A model generated the notes under the pieces. The model made no database searches and had not been told where the DNA came from. It was given only the letters and a program-made list of their open reading frames with translations. A program made the translations under genes and the position numbers. Shown here piece by piece: positions 26,004 to 35,710 of a DNA stretch of 64,000 nucleotides. The number at the start of each line of letters is the position of its first letter. Position 1 is the first letter of the stretch. Source of the stretch: Escherichia phage LPEK22; sequence record OK283619.1; one strand, written 5' to 3'.

Positions 26004-27725
26004 GTGACAGCATTTAATCAACACCGAAAGGCGATTGACGCCATAGGCCGTAAGGTTCCTGTGGAAGAAATACAACGCCTTACCAAAGATGAATTCCCAT
26101 ATGACAAAGCGAACCCAGGCCAGATGGAATGCATCGTCGAAGCCATAGATGCGCTTATCAACAAAAAGGTTAAACATGTCATCATTGAAGCTCCGACAGG
26201 TGTCGGTAAATCTTTGATTGGCACTACCATTCATAAAGTGATTCGCCATCTAGTTTTACAGGCTGATCCTTATGGGCAATTTCGCACTTCTATCAGCACC
26301 CCGACCAAAGGTCTGCAAGATCAGTATGCTGCTGAAAAGGCGGTGGCGATAGACATCCTAAAAGGCAAGAAGAACTATCGTTGCCACGTACATCCAGATG
26401 TGTATTACAATGCTGTCCAATGCCGTATAGCATGCCGTGACGGGCATTGTAGCAAACGCCGCTGTCCTTATGTACAGGCGCGTAATTTGTGGACGGATAT
26501 TTCATCATTGCGTTGTACTAATGCTGCCATGATGATCGAAATGTGTACAACCATCTGCATGAAGCCCGAAAACCGTTCCGATATGCTGATCCTTGACGAG
26601 TGCCATAAAATGCCCTCTACGCTCCTAGAGCACACGATCATGGAATACAATACAAAGGCCGTGGAGGGGCTGCGTTCTATCCCTGATGGCAAGGAGATCG
26701 TCTCTACCATTGGTGATATCGTAGAACGCACCAAGGACTATGTCCTGGGCAAGTTATATTCCTTGTCTGGTGAACTACATTCAATGTTTGAAGACCTCCA
26801 TCTCAAAGTAGAAAATTTGTTGGAAGTTCTTGAAGAATTGGTCGAAGATGATCGCTTGAGTGAAAGCCAAGTGATGAAACTCGCCGACATTATAGATGTC
26901 TTGCATAACTTGAGTGATTATTGCGGTATTATGTCTCAGACAAAGGCCAGCACCTTTATCGTACAGGAAAAGGGAGATGACTTTATTCGGTTTAAACCCG
27001 TTATGCCTTCTGATGTAAGTGAATTCGGGTTATTCCGAAAAGCTGATTATCACGTTCATATGTCAGCAACGATCTGTGGTATAGATTCGTATGCTCGTTC
27101 ATTGGGTATTCGACAGGGGGATTATCATTCCATTCAGATCGGCAACCCTATCCCGATTGAAAACAGAAAAGTCAACTATATGCCCATAGTGAAGATGACT
27201 AACAATATGGGTGACTATGAAATGAAAAGGTTGACGGAATATATTGATGAAATAATCGCGTTCCACCCAGGTCAGTCCGGTATTATCCATACAGTGAGTT
27301 ATGATCGCGCGTTGGCAATACAAAAATTCAGCAAATATCAGAATTTTATCCATGTTCCGCGCACCCGAAAGGCGTTGATGGATATTATGGAAAATGCTTT
27401 TAGAACAAAGTCCCCATGCGTCATTGCCAGTCCTGCCATGGAAGAAGGTTATGATTTCAAAGGGGATTACAGCCGTTTCCAAATACTGATCAAAGTCCCT
27501 TATGATTATCTGGGCGATCCACTGATAGCACATATCAATTCAGTGGATCCGTCGGCATATTTCCGCAATGCAGTACTGCGCATTGTTCAAATGTGTGGGC
27601 GTTCGGTCAGGGGTGTTGATGACTGGGCTGCGACATACATCATTGATTCATCTTTTGAATCTCTTATGATGCGCAACCCAGAATTCTTCCCAACCTGGTT
27701 CACCGATGCAGTGTTTGAGGTTTAA
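26004..27725 (+). CDS. DinG/XPD (Rad3)-family helicase
   Basis: Walker A APTGVGKS, DECH box, Cys-rich segment between them typical of the Fe-S domain; GTG start with AAGGAGG RBS. Confidence 0.75.
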   Translation: MTAFNQHRKAIDAIGRKVPVEEIQRLTKDEFPYDKANPGQMECIVEAIDALINKKVKHVIIEAPTGVGKSLIGTTIHKVIRHLVLQADPYGQFRTSISTPTKGLQDQYAAEKAVAIDILKGKKNYRCHVHPDVYYNAVQCRIACRDGHCSKRRCPYVQARNLWTDISSLRCTNAAMMIEMCTTICMKPENRSDMLILDECHKMPSTLLEHTIMEYNTKAVEGLRSIPDGKEIVSTIGDIVERTKDYVLGKLYSLSGELHSMFEDLHLKVENLLEVLEELVEDDRLSESQVMKLADIIDVLHNLSDYCGIMSQTKASTFIVQEKGDDFIRFKPVMPSDVSEFGLFRKADYHVHMSATICGIDSYARSLGIRQGDYHSIQIGNPIPIENRKVNYMPIVKMTNNMGDYEMKRLTEYIDEIIAFHPGQSGIIHTVSYDRALAIQKFSKYQNFIHVPRTRKALMDIMENAFRTKSPCVIASPAMEEGYDFKGDYSRFQILIKVPYDYLGDPLIAHINSVDPSAYFRNAVLRIVQMCGRSVRGVDDWAATYIIDSSFESLMMRNPEFFPTWFTDAVFEV

Positions 27726-28489
27726 TAACCCGCAATAAACGATAAATGGCACTTGATATTTGGTTCAAGTGTCGTTATCGTGATAATCATATTGTCCACA
27801 TCTTGGCTGAAAGATATATTTGCGATCGGTTTGGTTTGAACATGATTATACAGGCTATAAATCAGATCTTCACCACGATAACCGATTTTGCCATCAGTGT
27901 CCTGCCAATGACCGAGGGTAGACTCTCGAGCGTGTACTCGGAATTCGACCATATGAAACAATGCTTTTGGGATTGTCTTCAGTATGCTGGTCCCAACAAC
28001 CGGAATATCAATAGAAGAGTCGTTGGAGTTTCCTTCATAAACAGATTCCCAACCAAATATTGGATCACCTCCTGCCACAGGAGTTCTTTTCCAGTATTGG
28101 AATTCTGGGTTGCCCGAAGCGTTCTTTTGTAGGAGGATTACTTCACCGCCTTCAAAATTGGAAGTGTCTATATCGTCCCTTGCTAATAAATCTGCCGGAG
28201 AACCAATAAATTTCCAAGTTTCGCGATCTAAAATAGACTTATAATAATCGGTGAATACGTTGCTGTCGTTAGCTGCATTGATTGCGTCTTTAAGACCTTC
28301 ACCTGTGACCATCTCATTAAGTTTTAGCCACATGTTTTTGACAGCTGACGCAGCTGCGACTTGACCTTCAGTCCCACCCGCCGTGTAGTCATAAATGATG
28401 TCCAGCTTTTGTATGGAATCATTTATAGACAAGAGCAAACGCTCAATTTCTGGGGCGGTCAGACTGAAACGATATGCGCGTTCTGACAT
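27722..28489 (-). CDS. hypothetical protein (255 aa), opposite strand
   Basis: Minus-strand ORF with GAGGAA RBS, convergent with the helicase gene. Confidence 0.5.
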   Translation of the reverse strand: MSERAYRFSLTAPEIERLLLSINDSIQKLDIIYDYTAGGTEGQVAAASAVKNMWLKLNEMVTGEGLKDAINAANDSNVFTDYYKSILDRETWKFIGSPADLLARDDIDTSNFEGGEVILLQKNASGNPEFQYWKRTPVAGGDPIFGWESVYEGNSNDSSIDIPVVGTSILKTIPKALFHMVEFRVHARESTLGHWQDTDGKIGYRGEDLIYSLYNHVQTKPIANISFSQDVDNMIITITTLEPNIKCHLSFIAGY

Positions 28490-28531
28490 GATTCGTTCCT
28501 CATCGATAAAACCAGTTTGGGATACTTATAC

Positions 28532-29059
28532 ATGATTGAAATATACACTGACGGGGCATCATCCCCTCAGAAGACACGAGCCGCTGGTTGGGCATTTGCC
28601 ATCAGTCCAATCACTGGAGAGCAATGGAAAGTGTTTTATGGGTATTTACCCCCGCCGTCAACGAACAATATAGCTGAGTTACTCGGGGTTATAAACGCAA
28701 TGAAGATCCTATGGAAATTCTCTAATTGCGGTGAACGCTGCATTCCCCCAGCCCGCATCATATCCGACAGCCAATATGTTATCAATAGCGTTTTGGAGTG
28801 GCGTCGTAAATGGGAATATGAAGGAATGCCGCCTAAGAACACAGAACTTCTGCTCGAGTTGTTCGATTATTATGACAAAGTTTGTTCAATTTGTGAACTT
28901 GAATTAAAATGGGTGAAAGGTCATGCAGGAACGATGGGCAACGAAATTGCGGATCAGTGGAGCGTTAGAGCCAAAGAAGATAGTTCAATGGTTCTTGAAA
29001 ATAACCGTTTCTCGGTCAAGAAAGTCGTTGGTTCTTTCAATGAATTCATTGGTATTTGA
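28532..29059 (+). CDS. rnhA: ribonuclease HI
   Basis: IYTDGAS...NNIAELLGVINAM...ISDSQYV...WVKGHAGTMGNEIADQ match the RNase H1 DEDD motifs; track start is TTG, ATG chosen. Confidence 0.85.
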   Translation: MIEIYTDGASSPQKTRAAGWAFAISPITGEQWKVFYGYLPPPSTNNIAELLGVINAMKILWKFSNCGERCIPPARIISDSQYVINSVLEWRRKWEYEGMPPKNTELLLELFDYYDKVCSICELELKWVKGHAGTMGNEIADQWSVRAKEDSSMVLENNRFSVKKVVGSFNEFIGI

Positions 29060-29070
29060 GGATTATCACG

Positions 29071-29862
29071 ATGGGTATGAATTTTGTAGACAGGGGTGAT
29101 AACGTCACCAAATATTTCACAGACGAAGATAATGACCGTGTTGTTGGAATATTGAGAGATTGGATTCCGGCTCGCAAAAAGGCTTTGGCCGAAGGAACAC
29201 CCCTACCAAGAATCCCCAATTATGTGGCCATGAATGTTCAGATGATTATTAAGAACATGAGTATGCGCTACAACTATCGTGATTATCCATACCGCGAAGA
29301 CATGGTCAGTGAGGCCGTTGTCAACATCCTTCGTTACCTCCATACATTTGACGTCAGTCATATCGGCAAGAAAGGAAAAATCAATTTCTTCTCTTGGGTA
29401 ACGATGTGCGCCGATCGTTCATTCGCCAAGAAACTCACCAGTGAAGAAGAACACAATTATATCAAGTTGCGTTCATTTGAAGAAGCAGGTGGTTTCGCTG
29501 CATTATCAGATGACCCAGACTTCCAGCAACAGACATTCGTAGACAGCACTGGTATAACAATGGACTTCCGTGAGCGTATCGGAAATTTTGAAACTAAGAA
29601 AGAAGCACAGCGCGAAAAGGAACGCCAAAAGCAAATCGCCATCAAAGAAGAGGAAAAGAATAAGAAAATTCCTCGCGGTATACTTCAATGTCTCACAAAG
29701 AGTGAAAATACCATTACCGCCGACGCCGAAGATAATTCAGACTATGACTTCGGCTCTACTCAATTCAATCTGGAAGACGAAATATGTTCTATGGAACCAG
29801 ATTGGGAAGAAGCAAAGAAACGAGCATTAGAACGGGAGCAACAAAATAATGGCGATTGCTAA
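29071..29862 (+). CDS. 55: late-transcription sigma factor (gp55-like) with C-terminal extension
   Basis: Central block RYNYRDY...DMVSEAVVNILRYLHTFD...NFFSWVTMCADRSFAKKL parallels T4 gp55; 264 aa vs 185 aa. Confidence 0.65.
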   Translation: MGMNFVDRGDNVTKYFTDEDNDRVVGILRDWIPARKKALAEGTPLPRIPNYVAMNVQMIIKNMSMRYNYRDYPYREDMVSEAVVNILRYLHTFDVSHIGKKGKINFFSWVTMCADRSFAKKLTSEEEHNYIKLRSFEEAGGFAALSDDPDFQQQTFVDSTGITMDFRERIGNFETKKEAQREKERQKQIAIKEEEKNKKIPRGILQCLTKSENTITADAEDNSDYDFGSTQFNLEDEICSMEPDWEEAKKRALEREQQNNGDC

Positions 29863-30964
29863 AATAGGCGATTTACATATCGGGAGCCGTAATGGTTCCC
29901 GTTACGTTCGAGAATTCATAAAGAATTATCTCATCAATTATTTTATTCCAGAATTGGTTGACGCCGATATTAAAGAAGTGTGGCAATTTGGTGATACGTT
30001 TGATGTTCGCAAATTCATGTATGGTCGCGATAAAGATTGGTTGAAAGATGAATTGACGCCAGCGCTGCGCAAAGCAGGTATTAAATGGAATGGCATCGTC
30101 GGCAACCATGATATCACGTTAGAAGAGTCCAATCGCATTAACTGGCCTTCTTATCTTAATGAATTGGCACCGGATGTTTATCATTATTACAGCGAACCAA
30201 CTGAAGTAATGATTGAAGGTGTCAAGACCCTCCTACTGCCGTGGATTAACAAAGAGAACTATGATGCGTCCATTAAAGCGATACAAGATACAGACGCCAA
30301 GTACTGTTTTGCGCATCTGGAGTTGGCAGGGTTCAAAATGTATCAGTCCTCTATATGTGATAAAGGTCAGATCGACGTGGCGCTCCTTTCGAAATTCGAG
30401 CGCGTGGATACCGGACATTTCCATACCCGTTCGATGGAAGGTAACATTCAGTATATTGGGACTCCTTATCACCTTACCTGGGAAGACCACAAAGACGGGA
30501 CGAACCGAGGATTCTATGTAGACGACATGAATGGCGGGGAATTGTTTATCCCCAACAACGAACAACAAACGTTGTTCCGGTTCGTGGAATACGACTACAC
30601 GCAAATGTCTTCTGACACCGAAGGTAATTGGATCGACCCCGATTGGTTAAACAATGTTTTGGGTATTGAAGGGCAAATCGTTAAGGTGATTGTACAGAAC
30701 CGTGACAATGCCAAGCATTATGAAAAGTTCTGTGACGCATTGAAGCGCTGTAAATGCATCGATTACAACTTCATCGATCGGACGATTACTGTTGCTTCCG
30801 AGAAGGTAGAAGTCACTGAAGAGATGGTGGCGACTGATGCTGTGGAAGTCCTGAAGAAAGATATCCGCGCCGCCAATAATATCCAGCGCCCTGAAAATGT
30901 TTGCAAATTAGCAGAACAATTCTATAATGCTGCCCAACAACGCCTGAACACATTGGATGCATAA
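29849..30964 (+). CDS. 47: recombination endonuclease subunit (gp47, Mre11/SbcD-like)
   Basis: Phosphoesterase motifs GDLHIG, GDTFD, GNHD, GHFH; collinear with T4 gp47. Confidence 0.9.
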   Translation: MAIAKIGDLHIGSRNGSRYVREFIKNYLINYFIPELVDADIKEVWQFGDTFDVRKFMYGRDKDWLKDELTPALRKAGIKWNGIVGNHDITLEESNRINWPSYLNELAPDVYHYYSEPTEVMIEGVKTLLLPWINKENYDASIKAIQDTDAKYCFAHLELAGFKMYQSSICDKGQIDVALLSKFERVDTGHFHTRSMEGNIQYIGTPYHLTWEDHKDGTNRGFYVDDMNGGELFIPNNEQQTLFRFVEYDYTQMSSDTEGNWIDPDWLNNVLGIEGQIVKVIVQNRDNAKHYEKFCDALKRCKCIDYNFIDRTITVASEKVEVTEEMVATDAVEVLKKDIRAANNIQRPENVCKLAEQFYNAAQQRLNTLDA

Positions 30965-30966
30965 TA

Positions 30967-33300
30967 ATGAACAATGTAGACCTATTATCAAAATTTGGTT
31001 CGCTGTTGAAAGAAGCGGACACTCCTGTTTCTGTTGAAGCACCATTTGAAATCCGTGGGGAAATTACCCACAAACTGACTTTCCATCGCGGTCGCGCTAA
31101 AAACTTTCGTTCTATCGGTAATGAATTCATGGAAATTGATTACCAACGCAACCCTGCAACCTTGGTTACATCCGATGACAATGGCGCTGGTAAATCCACC
31201 ATGCTTGTCTGGCTGCTGTTCTTCGTTCTGTATAATGACACATATAGCAAGAAAGAAAAGAAAGCCGGATTAGTCAATTCCCAAAACAAAAAGGAATGCG
31301 TGGGTGAAGTTGAGTTCTCCACTCGAGGAAGTGAATGGAAAGTCCGTCGTGGTATCAAACCTGATTTCGTAGAAGTCTATCAGATGGTAGACGGTGAGTG
31401 GAAGCAGGTCGTGAATGATGCGGCCAAAGCCGACATGAACAAATATATTGTGAACCTGATTGGCGTAGACCAGAAGATGTTTGAGAACTCCCTGGTTCTG
31501 GGCAAAGAGAAGTTCATCCCATTCACGGAAATGTACACTGCCGACCGTCGCGCTATGGTAGAGACAATCTGGGATTTGGGGTTCTTCAGTCTGATGAATG
31601 AAGATGTAAAAGCATCTATCAAGACAGTAACGAATGAACTCACGACGGTCACCAATGATTACGCCTTTCATGATGTAAATTTAAAAGGCCAGCAATCGCA
31701 GTTGGAACAGATCAATAATTCCAATGCGATGATCCAGCAACAATCTGCTGATATCCTTGTCCAAGAGAAGGAACGTCTGAATAGCCTGAATTCAGATATC
31801 AGCGCAGTGCAGGAACAACTGACAGAGTCCCGTGCTCAAGACTCTAAATTGGAATCAGAATTATCAGAAGTCCGTAATCGCCTGAATGCCGAAATGAAAG
31901 GGGATATCGATGCCATCAATGAAGAGTATGCGGCCAAAATCCAAGCAGTTCAGGATGAAGCCGATACCAAGGCTGAAGATTATGAACGCATAGAAGTATC
32001 CGACGGCGAAAGGTCGTTACAAGAAATCCGCGAAAGAATGGCGGTGGTCACAGAACGCAAAAACGAACTAGTCGGTCAGAGGAATGCTAATCTCGACGAA
32101 CTGAATAAAGCGTTGGCGCGGCGTCAACAGGGAGAGAACTTCCGTATCAAATTCGTAACAGAAATGGAAGGACATGAATCTGCCATCAAACGTTTCCACG
32201 ATATGGGCACTTGCCCTACGTGTACGCAATTAGTGTCGGACGATACCAAATCACGCATTGAAAGTCAATATTATCCACAAATCAGTGAACTGACTGACAA
32301 GATTCTTCAGGTTGATACAGCCCTAGAAGAAGTGAATTCCCTGATTGAGAATTACAATGTCAGAGATTCAGAATTATCTTCTCAGATTTCGGTTATTGAC
32401 AAAGAACTGGATGCTTTGCGCAATGAAATCCGAGAAGCGGAATCGGCGATCGCTACATTAAAACGCGACATCCAAGGATTCTATGATGTCGCTGCTGTTG
32501 AGAAAACATCTTTACAGCGGGAACAACAGTCCAAAATTAACGACGTCCTCAAGGCCGTAGACACCCGTTACGAAGATATCACGACGTCAATCCGTCAAGC
32601 GCGTGAGCAGCTCTCTAAGAGTATCAACGACACGGCTGATAAACTCACCAGCCTGAAATCACGCCGTGCCCCTCTAGAGGCATCCATTGCCGATTTAGAG
32701 CGTAAATTGGCGGTTAAGCCGACACCAACTGAAGCCCTGGAAGGAGAGATCGCTCGCATCACGGCATTAATGGAAGATCTGAATGCGCGGCGCGTAGAGT
32801 TGGATGAGAAATTGCAAGACCTGAACCATCTTCTGTTCTTCCTAAAAGATGATCAGACCAAGGCTCGAATTATCAGCCTGTATTTGCCTTTCCTCAATAG
32901 TAAAATAAACGAGTATCTTGAAGCACTCAATATGTTCTTGGATATTGCTGTTGATGATACATTTGAAATCACCATGAGCGCTGCAGGTCGTAAAGGGCAA
33001 AGCATATTCTCCCTGTCTACAGGACAACGCAGCCGACTCAATCTGGCTGTGACATTAGCCCTACGGGACGTGGCCAACCTCAAGGCGTCGGTGCAATGTA
33101 ACCTGTTTGTGTTAGATGAAATCCTTGAGAACATGAGCGAGCGTGGCGTACAAGAATCGGTTGAGATGCTGAAACATAAATTTGGTGGGAACAATCTATT
33201 TGTCATCAGTCAGCGTGAGCAGGAGTTCCAAGAATATTTCCAACATAACATTCGTTATGGTCTGCGTAATGGCATGACCGAAGTGATTAAGAAGGATTGA
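30967..33300 (+). CDS. 46: recombination ATPase subunit (gp46, Rad50/SbcC-like)
   Basis: Walker A DDNGAGKST, long coiled-coil middle, C-terminal signature/Walker B (LFVLDE); adjacent to gp47. Confidence 0.88.
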   Translation: MNNVDLLSKFGSLLKEADTPVSVEAPFEIRGEITHKLTFHRGRAKNFRSIGNEFMEIDYQRNPATLVTSDDNGAGKSTMLVWLLFFVLYNDTYSKKEKKAGLVNSQNKKECVGEVEFSTRGSEWKVRRGIKPDFVEVYQMVDGEWKQVVNDAAKADMNKYIVNLIGVDQKMFENSLVLGKEKFIPFTEMYTADRRAMVETIWDLGFFSLMNEDVKASIKTVTNELTTVTNDYAFHDVNLKGQQSQLEQINNSNAMIQQQSADILVQEKERLNSLNSDISAVQEQLTESRAQDSKLESELSEVRNRLNAEMKGDIDAINEEYAAKIQAVQDEADTKAEDYERIEVSDGERSLQEIRERMAVVTERKNELVGQRNANLDELNKALARRQQGENFRIKFVTEMEGHESAIKRFHDMGTCPTCTQLVSDDTKSRIESQYYPQISELTDKILQVDTALEEVNSLIENYNVRDSELSSQISVIDKELDALRNEIREAESAIATLKRDIQGFYDVAAVEKTSLQREQQSKINDVLKAVDTRYEDITTSIRQAREQLSKSINDTADKLTSLKSRRAPLEASIADLERKLAVKPTPTEALEGEIARITALMEDLNARRVELDEKLQDLNHLLFFLKDDQTKARIISLYLPFLNSKINEYLEALNMFLDIAVDDTFEITMSAAGRKGQSIFSLSTGQRSRLNLAVTLALRDVANLKASVQCNLFVLDEILENMSERGVQESVEMLKHKFGGNNLFVISQREQEFQEYFQHNIRYGLRNGMTEVIKKD

Positions 33301-33302
33301 TC

Positions 33303-33611
33303 ATGGGTAGCCTGATTCGTGTATCAAAGAAATCCAAGGGCGCTGAAAAGCGCCTGTACAAAGCCGTTCGCCTGATGATCCTCTACAAGTACAAAGCGGA
33401 GAATCAATGCTGGCGCAAGAAGACACGCGCCCGATATCAGTTGGCTCAGTACAATATGAGGCGCCATGTCGTCCGACTAGCATTGAAGATCGCAGGGAAT
33501 TACAGTTATTGGACATGTGAGGCTGTGGGTAGCCGCAAGGCCATTGACCTCATATATGACCGGAACCTGTCCTTCTTGATCAATCTATCTAATTATGAGG
33601 ATATGTCATGA
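33303..33611 (+). CDS. hypothetical basic protein (102 aa)
   Basis: ORF; track start is TTG, ATG chosen. Confidence 0.4.
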   Translation: MGSLIRVSKKSKGAEKRLYKAVRLMILYKYKAENQCWRKKTRARYQLAQYNMRRHVVRLALKIAGNYSYWTCEAVGSRKAIDLIYDRNLSFLINLSNYEDMS

Positions 33612-33766
33612 TGGCTACTATTTGTTTGGTATTTTTGATTTTAATCACAATTTGTTCTGTGAATATGTGTTTACGCCACATAAACTCTGGAGAAATTATC
33701 TATGGTTTTATGTACGGTGGTGTAAGCGTTTGGGCAGCATACTGGTTAGCTGATACAATCATATGA
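33611..33766 (+). CDS. small hydrophobic membrane protein (51 aa), below ORF-track cutoff
   Basis: Translated manually: MATICLVFLILITICSVNMCLRHINSGEIIYGFMYGGVSVWAAYWLADTII; start and stop overlap neighbouring genes. Confidence 0.3.
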   Translation: MATICLVFLILITICSVNMCLRHINSGEIIYGFMYGGVSVWAAYWLADTII

Positions 33767-34092
33767 AAGTCGTCCACTTCAAGAAGGAACCACACGACGT
33801 CTACATTGGCCGTCCTGGCAAATGGGGAAACCCGTTCGAGGTCAAAGACCACGGGCGGGGAAACTGTATTGAGTTGTTTGAAGACGACTTGTATGTGCGC
33901 CTGATTGAAGGGGATATCACCGAAGATGAACTCCTTGAATTAGATGGAAAGACCTTGGGATGCTGGTGTAAGCCGCGCCCATGTCATGGAGATGTTTATG
34001 TCAAAGTGATCGGTCGTATTAAACTATTCCGTAAGTTGGGTAAATCTTTTACTGAATATTTGAGACAAACATATGTCAGAAGAGAAAGATGA
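33763..34092 (+). CDS. DUF4326-like protein
   Basis: GKWGNPF and GCWCKPRPCHGDVY match the recalled DUF4326 signature (CWCxPxxCHxD). Confidence 0.55.
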   Translation: MKVVHFKKEPHDVYIGRPGKWGNPFEVKDHGRGNCIELFEDDLYVRLIEGDITEDELLELDGKTLGCWCKPRPCHGDVYVKVIGRIKLFRKLGKSFTEYLRQTYVRRER

Positions 34093-34357
34093 AATTCAGA
34101 TTGCTTGTGATATCGCTGTCGAGTTATGGAATCAGCGAAACAAACATTATCAGGTGACGTTGACCCCAAAGCGTTATCTAGAGCAAGGTGGCTTAATAGT
34201 CGTTGATGCCGTGTTAGGTTTCAACAAATATACTGACATGCAAATCTTGGACGGGAATTTCACTATTGCTTCCAATACAGCTTGGGATGATCCTATGGAA
34301 TTTGTCTACGGTTGGTTGGAATGCATCGAGGAATCATACCATCTGATCTACGAATAA
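34073..34357 (+). CDS. hypothetical protein (94 aa)
   Basis: ORF followed by terminator hairpin. Confidence 0.45.
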   Translation: MSEEKDEIQIACDIAVELWNQRNKHYQVTLTPKRYLEQGGLIVVDAVLGFNKYTDMQILDGNFTIASNTAWDDPMEFVYGWLECIEESYHLIYE

Positions 34358-34361
34358 GGTG

Positions 34362-34393
34362 AAGGGCACTAAATATCACGTGCCCTTTATCTT
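34362..34393 (+). terminator. rho-independent terminator
   Basis: AAGGGCAC...GTGCCCTT hairpin followed by T-rich run. Confidence 0.6.
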
Positions 34394-34453
34394 TTAACCC
34401 TGTCAGGAGGCTCCAGCGAGCTGCAAGTCGACAAACACATAAGGAACGCCATC

Positions 34454-35071
34454 ATGACGATGACAACGTTGAAGGCCATGGCCTTGTCCGTGACCTTTAC
34501 CATTGCCAGCGGGAGTGTGCACGCTTCCCAAAGTACCACCCAATGTGATTACGAATTTTCTGATCAACAACTTTCAACCATGGCCACAGCCTATCACATA
34601 GGCAAACAACAAGACCTTGGTTTCACCCTCGCCGCGATATCATGGAGGGAAAGCCGCGCCGGAGAAGATGTTGTATCCATGCGGAATAACCTCAAATCGG
34701 CTAATATGGGGGCATTTCAAAATCGCGTCCAAACCGTCGGGAAACGGGAGGGATGCAAAACACAGAAGTGTTACGCCAATGTCGCGATCAAATTACTGGT
34801 CAATCAAGAGTACGCAGCCAATGCTGCCCTTGATGAAATGAATTTCTGGCTAGAATATCATAACCAAAACATCCGCAAATCCCTTTCCTCTTACAATGCC
34901 GGTTTCAGTCGTAACCAAAAATCCAATTCATACGCTGCTGATGTCGTGAAGAAGGCTAAATATCTTCAACGATGTGTGTCTTTCAAAGGCATGGCAATAA
35001 ACCCAAAGGTCGACCCAGGAGTGATCGCCATGAATAAGCGCACGATTGAGAAACTCAAGAGGACCAGATAA
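34454..35071 (+). CDS. secreted lytic-transglycosylase-like (SLT) protein
   Basis: Signal peptide MTMTTLKAMALSVTFTIASGSVHA; motifs SWRESRAG (ES), GAFQ, SYNAG resemble SLT-domain ES/GLMQ/AYNAG. Confidence 0.5.
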   Translation: MTMTTLKAMALSVTFTIASGSVHASQSTTQCDYEFSDQQLSTMATAYHIGKQQDLGFTLAAISWRESRAGEDVVSMRNNLKSANMGAFQNRVQTVGKREGCKTQKCYANVAIKLLVNQEYAANAALDEMNFWLEYHNQNIRKSLSSYNAGFSRNQKSNSYAADVVKKAKYLQRCVSFKGMAINPKVDPGVIAMNKRTIEKLKRTR

Positions 35072-35709
35072 TGAATATCACTCCATCTCAGACCGGATAC
35101 GAGCACTTAATGGTGTTTATTGCGATTCAGGGGGCAAAAGAAGGCATCATTACTTCAGAATATTCCGGTACAATGCGCCTTGCGGATTATGTCGCGCCTG
35201 AAGCATTCATCAAGAAATGCATTGACGCTTGGTGCCTTTATGCGCTCGGCACGTATCCATCCCCTCCTGCTGGTGAGTTATTGTTTACCATACCGACTCC
35301 GGCAACTGGTGACACAGACGCGATATTCGCTGATATGCTGTCAAAGGGTTATCTGACATATGACAGTGCTCACGGCGTGTATGATTTTTCTGCGCTGAAT
35401 CGTATCTTCGGATTCACCATAACTTCTGAAGCCAATATTCCTGATTATGGAATACTAGCATGGGGCGTCGACGGTTTGGGGGCAACATATGCATCTTCGG
35501 ATGTCGGTCCTGTGTTGATAGACCCAGGGGTGACGATGGAGCAATACATGTCACAATTCCCTCAGCATAATGTTACCGGAAGCGACATCATTATTGTCTA
35601 TCCTGGTTCTAATGCGTTGTCCCGCCTGGTGGACGGCTGGAAGCCTCAGCTGAAGGACATTGTCTCTGGAATCAGGTTCCATATTCCCGTTGTCAATCCA
35701 ACACCTTAA
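35071..35709 (+). CDS. hypothetical protein (212 aa)
   Basis: ORF with ATGA overlap; no motif. Confidence 0.5.
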   Translation: MNITPSQTGYEHLMVFIAIQGAKEGIITSEYSGTMRLADYVAPEAFIKKCIDAWCLYALGTYPSPPAGELLFTIPTPATGDTDAIFADMLSKGYLTYDSAHGVYDFSALNRIFGFTITSEANIPDYGILAWGVDGLGATYASSDVGPVLIDPGVTMEQYMSQFPQHNVTGSDIIIVYPGSNALSRLVDGWKPQLKDIVSGIRFHIPVVNPTP

Positions 35710-35710
35710 A

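Noticed and set aside
27746-28132. 128-aa + strand ORF
   Set aside because: Antisense to the longer minus-strand gene 27722-28489, which has a good RBS.
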